A DNA stretch of 64,000 nt from an uncultured Planctomycetota bacterium (GTDB lineage: Bacteria > Planctomycetota > Planctomycetia > Gemmatales > Gemmataceae), in the NCBI GenBank assembly GCA_963849325.1, contig CAWKHF010000004.1, positions 224,001 through 288,000 of the forward strand, in the 5' to 3' direction. The notes under the pieces were generated by a model. The model was not told where the DNA came from. It was given only the letters and a program-made list of their open reading frames with translations, and searched no databases. This document shows, piece after piece, positions 60,724 through 64,000 of the stretch. Numbering within the stretch: the stretch's first letter is position 1; each line of letters opens with the position of its first letter. The position numbers and the translations under genes were made by a program.

Positions 60724-61386
60724 ATGATTATCACCATTGACGGCCCGGCCGGCGCGGGCAAAAGCAGCGCCGCCCGCAGCCTGGCGCAACGCCTGGGCTT
60801 CGAGTTCCTGGACACCGGCGCCACCTATCGCGCCGTGGCCCTGGCGGCGCTGCGCACCGGCATCGACCTGCGCGACGAATCGGCCTTGACTGTTTTGATC
60901 GAATCGCTGCATCTGGAGATGCCGCCGGGCGGACGGGTGCTGCTGAGCGGCGAGGACGTGACGACCCTCATCCGCGTGCGCGAAGTGACCGCCGCGACCG
61001 GCGCCGTGGCCGACAGTCCGGCCGTGCGTCGTCGCCTGGCGCAGATGCAGCGAGCCATCGCCGCCGGTCGAAACATGGTCTGCGAGGGCCGCGATCAGGG
61101 CACCATCGTCTTCCCCGACGCGGTCTGCAAGTTCTTCCTGGTCGCCAATCCCCTCGAGCGGGCGCGACGGCGGCAGCGCGAGATGGCAGCGCGCGGCGAG
61201 ATGGTCGAGTTGGAGGAGGTCTTGCGCGATCAGGAGGTCCGCGATCAGCGCGACGCCGCCCGCGATCTGGCGCCGATGAAGCCGGCCGACGACGCCGTGC
61301 TGCTGGACAGCACGCGCCTGGGGCCGGAACAGGTGGTCGAGGCGATGGCGGCGGAGGTCCGCCGTCGCGTTCCGGGCGGTTCGTGA
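60724..61386 (+). CDS. cmk: cytidylate kinase
   Basis: IDGPAGAGKS, LDTGATYR, EGRDQGTIVFPDA. Confidence 0.97.
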   Translation: MIITIDGPAGAGKSSAARSLAQRLGFEFLDTGATYRAVALAALRTGIDLRDESALTVLIESLHLEMPPGGRVLLSGEDVTTLIRVREVTAATGAVADSPAVRRRLAQMQRAIAAGRNMVCEGRDQGTIVFPDAVCKFFLVANPLERARRRQREMAARGEMVELEEVLRDQEVRDQRDAARDLAPMKPADDAVLLDSTRLGPEQVVEAMAAEVRRRVPGGS

Positions 61387-61387
61387 G

Positions 61388-62061
61388 GTGACACCTTCGA
61401 TGCGCGATCGGTACTCGCGGTTCTTGTACGAGATGGGTTACTGGCTGTCGATGACGGGTCTGACGCTGGGCTTCAGTTATCGCTTCGAGGGACGCCGTCG
61501 TGTTCCCGCCACGGGGCCGGCCCTGGTCATCGCCAACCATCAGAGCTTCCTCGATCCCCTGATTGTGGGCACCGCTGTGCGACGGCATCTCAGCTTTTTG
61601 CGCGCAAGACCCTCTTCCGCGGATGGTTCGGCAGGCTCATCCGCCGCACCAACGCCGTGCCGGTCGATCAGGAAGGCATCGCCAAGGAAGGGCTGAAGGC
61701 GATCCTGGAACGACTGAAGGCCGGGGAAGCCGTACTGGTTTTTCCCGAAGGCAACCGGACGCCTAATGGTGAAGTACAGCCTCTCAAGGCGGGCATTCTA
61801 CTTCTGCTCAAGCGCCTGGATGCGCCGATCGTGCCGGTCGGCATCGCCGGGGCGTTCGACGCCCTGCCGCGCTGGCGGAATTGGCCGAAGTTGTCGCCGC
61901 TCTTTCTGCCGCCGACGGGCGCCGCCATCGCCGTTGCCATCGGCAAGCCGATCCCCGCCCGGCACTACCGGGACATGCCGCGCGAGCAGGTGTTGGCGGA
62001 ATTACACGCGGAGTTGCAGCGCGTCAAGGAACGGGCGGAACGATTGCGCCGCAAAGTTTAG
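61388..62061 (+). CDS. plsC: lysophospholipid acyltransferase (PlsC-like); frameshift near 61605
   Basis: NHQSFLD, FPEGNRT, PIVPVGI; downstream of cmk. Confidence 0.88.
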
Positions 62062-62120
62062 CCGCGACGCGCAGCGGAGCGCGAGGGTCTCCCGCGCTCC
62101 GCTGCGCGTCGCGGCTAAAC
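62056..62120. repeat. REP-like palindrome type A, supplies TAG stop
   Basis: GTTTAGCCGCGACGCGCAGCGGAGCGCG...CGCGCTCCGCTGCGCGTCGCGGCTAAAC. Confidence 0.9.
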
Positions 62121-62127
62121 AGATGGA

Positions 62128-62715
62128 CTACCCCAGCAGATGCGTCCGCAGTTTGCGGATGGCCTTGTACTTCTCGTCGCTGATGCGCTCCACGGGCAGC
62201 TGCAATTCTTCGGACATCTCCGGAACGGCCCAGCCCTCGAAGCTCAGTTGCAGGATGCGCTGCTGGCGCGGCGTGAGCACGTCGGCGGCGGCCTGACGAA
62301 CCACCTCGCGCTCCTCGCGCAGATCGCGGCGGTAGGGGTCATTGCGGTCGGCGACGTTGTCGATGGCTGGCGAAAACTTGCGGGCGCGCTGGGTGCGTTT
62401 CTTGACGGTGTCGATGGCGCGGACGAACTCGCGCCGCTCCTCGCCGTCGCCGCGCAGCACTTGGTCCCAGGCGTCGGCCGGCACCCGTTCGAGCATGCGG
62501 CGAAAGACTTCCTGCGTGCAATCGGCCCAGCAGTCCGCCGGCAAACGCGCGTTGCGCCAGCAGGTGACGCAGTAGCGGCTCATGTCGGCGATGGCCTGCG
62601 CCGTCGCCTGCGGCGCCGCCGTCGTCGTCGCCTGCCCCGGCGCGGCGCCGACCGATAACGCCGTACCCAGGACCACGGCCATGACGTAGGGACGTTGCAA
62701 GAGCGAGCTTTTCAT
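62128..62715 (-). CDS. sigma-70/ECF-like factor with hydrophobic N-terminal extension
   Basis: DCTQEVF (region 2), LTPRQQRILQL..EGWAVPEMSEELQLPVERISDEKYKAIRKLR (region 4); GGGAGG RBS. Confidence 0.75.
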   Translation of the reverse strand: MKSSLLQRPYVMAVVLGTALSVGAAPGQATTTAAPQATAQAIADMSRYCVTCWRNARLPADCWADCTQEVFRRMLERVPADAWDQVLRGDGEERREFVRAIDTVKKRTQRARKFSPAIDNVADRNDPYRRDLREEREVVRQAAADVLTPRQQRILQLSFEGWAVPEMSEELQLPVERISDEKYKAIRKLRTHLLG

Positions 62716-62847
62716 GAACGAACCTCCCTGACGCAAAACGGTATCCCGACCACTCCCTCTCAGATGGACAGGCACTCCACCTATTCTCGCCGTCACTCCT
62801 TATTTTACCTGAAAATGTCGCGCCCCGCATCTCCGGACGAGACCTGT

Positions 62848-64000
62848 TCAGGCGGACAGCGGCTGATCGGCGACCGCTTCGAGGCGTTGCCAGAATTGCC
62901 GCAGCACCTCGACACTATTGCCCGGCAAACCGCCGCGAGCATAGACGGCACGAGCGTACAGGTTGGCCAAACGCCGCAAGTCCGCCTCCAGGGCCGGCAC
63001 TTCCATGCCGACGCGCTCGGCGAACTCCAACGGCGTTTCGCCGGGATGCCGACCGAGATCGCGCTCCCGTGCCCACGCTTGCACGGCCGCGAAGGTGTAG
63101 CGAATCAACTCCGGTACGGCCATATCGTTCCGCCCGCCGGCGAATGGATTGGCGAACGAGGCAAACGGCTGTTCTGGCGGCGCCCGCTCCTCTTCCTCTT
63201 CGCTCTCCTCGTCGTGCTCTGTCGTCCGGCCCCAGCCGGCGAACAGGTTCGCCCAGAAGTTGCGCAGAGCGTCGAGCAATCGCCGCGCCCAATCGCTAAA
63301 GTTCGCCAGGAACTGCAAGCCCGAACGCAGCACGAAGAACAGCACCACCACACCCAGGATGGCGAACACGACCCACTTGAGGACGGGCGCGATCCGGCTC
63401 ACCAACGTGCGGAAGGCGGAGGTGGATGCCTTCGCCGTCGAACGGGAACTCGCACGCTCGGATGACTCATCGTTCGCGCTTCGCTCCCTCTTGTCCGCCG
63501 ACGAACGGTCGTCGCCGTTGCCCCGAGGTTGGTTGTTGTCGCCCTTGTTCGAGTTCTGGGCGGCTTGGCCGTTCTTCTGGTCCTGGCCCTCGTCACTCGA
63601 ACCGGACTTGCCGTCCTTGCCGCCGGAGCCGTCCTTGCCCTGCTTCGTGGGAGCGCCGCGCTGGCCCTTCTGGTCCCCCTTCTCTCCGCCCGAATCGGTG
63701 GCGTCCTTTTTCCCCTCGGGATCGTTCGCGCCGGGCCGGCCTTCTCCTTCGCCGGATCGGCCGCCCTTCATGGCAAACTTCGACGCGCCGCGATGGGGCG
63801 ACTTGGCGGCTGATAAGTTGAACAGCGAATACTCCGCATCCGGCCGCGGCAGCACGGCGCCAACCACGAGTAGCGACGCAATGAGCAGTCCGCCCACCGT
63901 CAGCCAGACGCCGGTCATCGCCGCCGGCATTCGCAAGCGGCGCTGCCGCAGATAGCGGCGCAAGCTGAGAAAACACGTCGTCAGCAACAATCCCAGCCCG
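62848..64000 (-). CDS. membrane protein with C-terminal DUF4129 domain; partial, 5' end outside window
   Basis: TM helices, low-complexity linker, RHPGETPLEFA...LANLYARAVYA. Confidence 0.75.
   Translation of the reverse strand, partial: GLGLLLTTCFLSLRRYLRQRRLRMPAAMTGVWLTVGGLLIASLLVVGAVLPRPDAEYSLFNLSAAKSPHRGASKFAMKGGRSGEGEGRPGANDPEGKKDATDSGGEKGDQKGQRGAPTKQGKDGSGGKDGKSGSSDEGQDQKNGQAAQNSNKGDNNQPRGNGDDRSSADKRERSANDESSERASSRSTAKASTSAFRTLVSRIAPVLKWVVFAILGVVVLFFVLRSGLQFLANFSDWARRLLDALRNFWANLFAGWGRTTEHDEESEEEEERAPPEQPFASFANPFAGGRNDMAVPELIRYTFAAVQAWARERDLGRHPGETPLEFAERVGMEVPALEADLRRLANLYARAVYARGGLPGNSVEVLRQFWQRLEAVADQPLSA

Overview
GC-rich bacterial chromosomal segment. The gene content points to a planctomycete, probably Gemmataceae: a BBP7-type beta-barrel, a secreted protein with the 'LETRLVPA' motif, and DUF1573, DUF11, WD40 and PQQ-propeller proteins. 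About 48 CDS can be read. Many are split by 1-bp frameshifts, including core genes, which suggests long-read consensus errors rather than true pseudogenes. Core and metabolic genes include mlaEFD, ung, kdgK, a fused E1 plus E2 dehydrogenase, an RND pump, rimI, cmk and a plsC-like acyltransferase. Accessory content includes the 3' end of a YegI-like kinase, a lower-GC island with a solitary attC, a T5orf172/GIY-YIG cassette and hicBA, and a mazEF-like TA pair. The non-coding DNA is the most unusual part. (1) About 15 REP-like palindromes of several sequence types share a GNA/GNNA mini-hairpin in each arm, show compensatory base changes, and often supply stop codons. (2) Five long hairpins have arms built from 7-10 bp tandem repeats; one of them carries a nested 97-bp MITE with a 9-bp target duplication. 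(3) Two promoter-plus-terminator-bounded, GGA-rich candidate sRNAs and several GGA-loop leaders suggest a CsrA/RsmA-type circuit. Unusual proteins include a sigma-70 factor with a signal-peptide-like N-terminus and a Cys cluster, a palm-less PolX-HhH protein, a TPR pseudokinase, a class III cyclase with non-canonical specificity residues, and a BBP7 / Gly-rich surface protein / TPR-sulfotransferase trio. No rRNA, tRNA, CRISPR array, integrase or transposase gene was found. All family assignments come from motif recognition by eye; no database searches were run.
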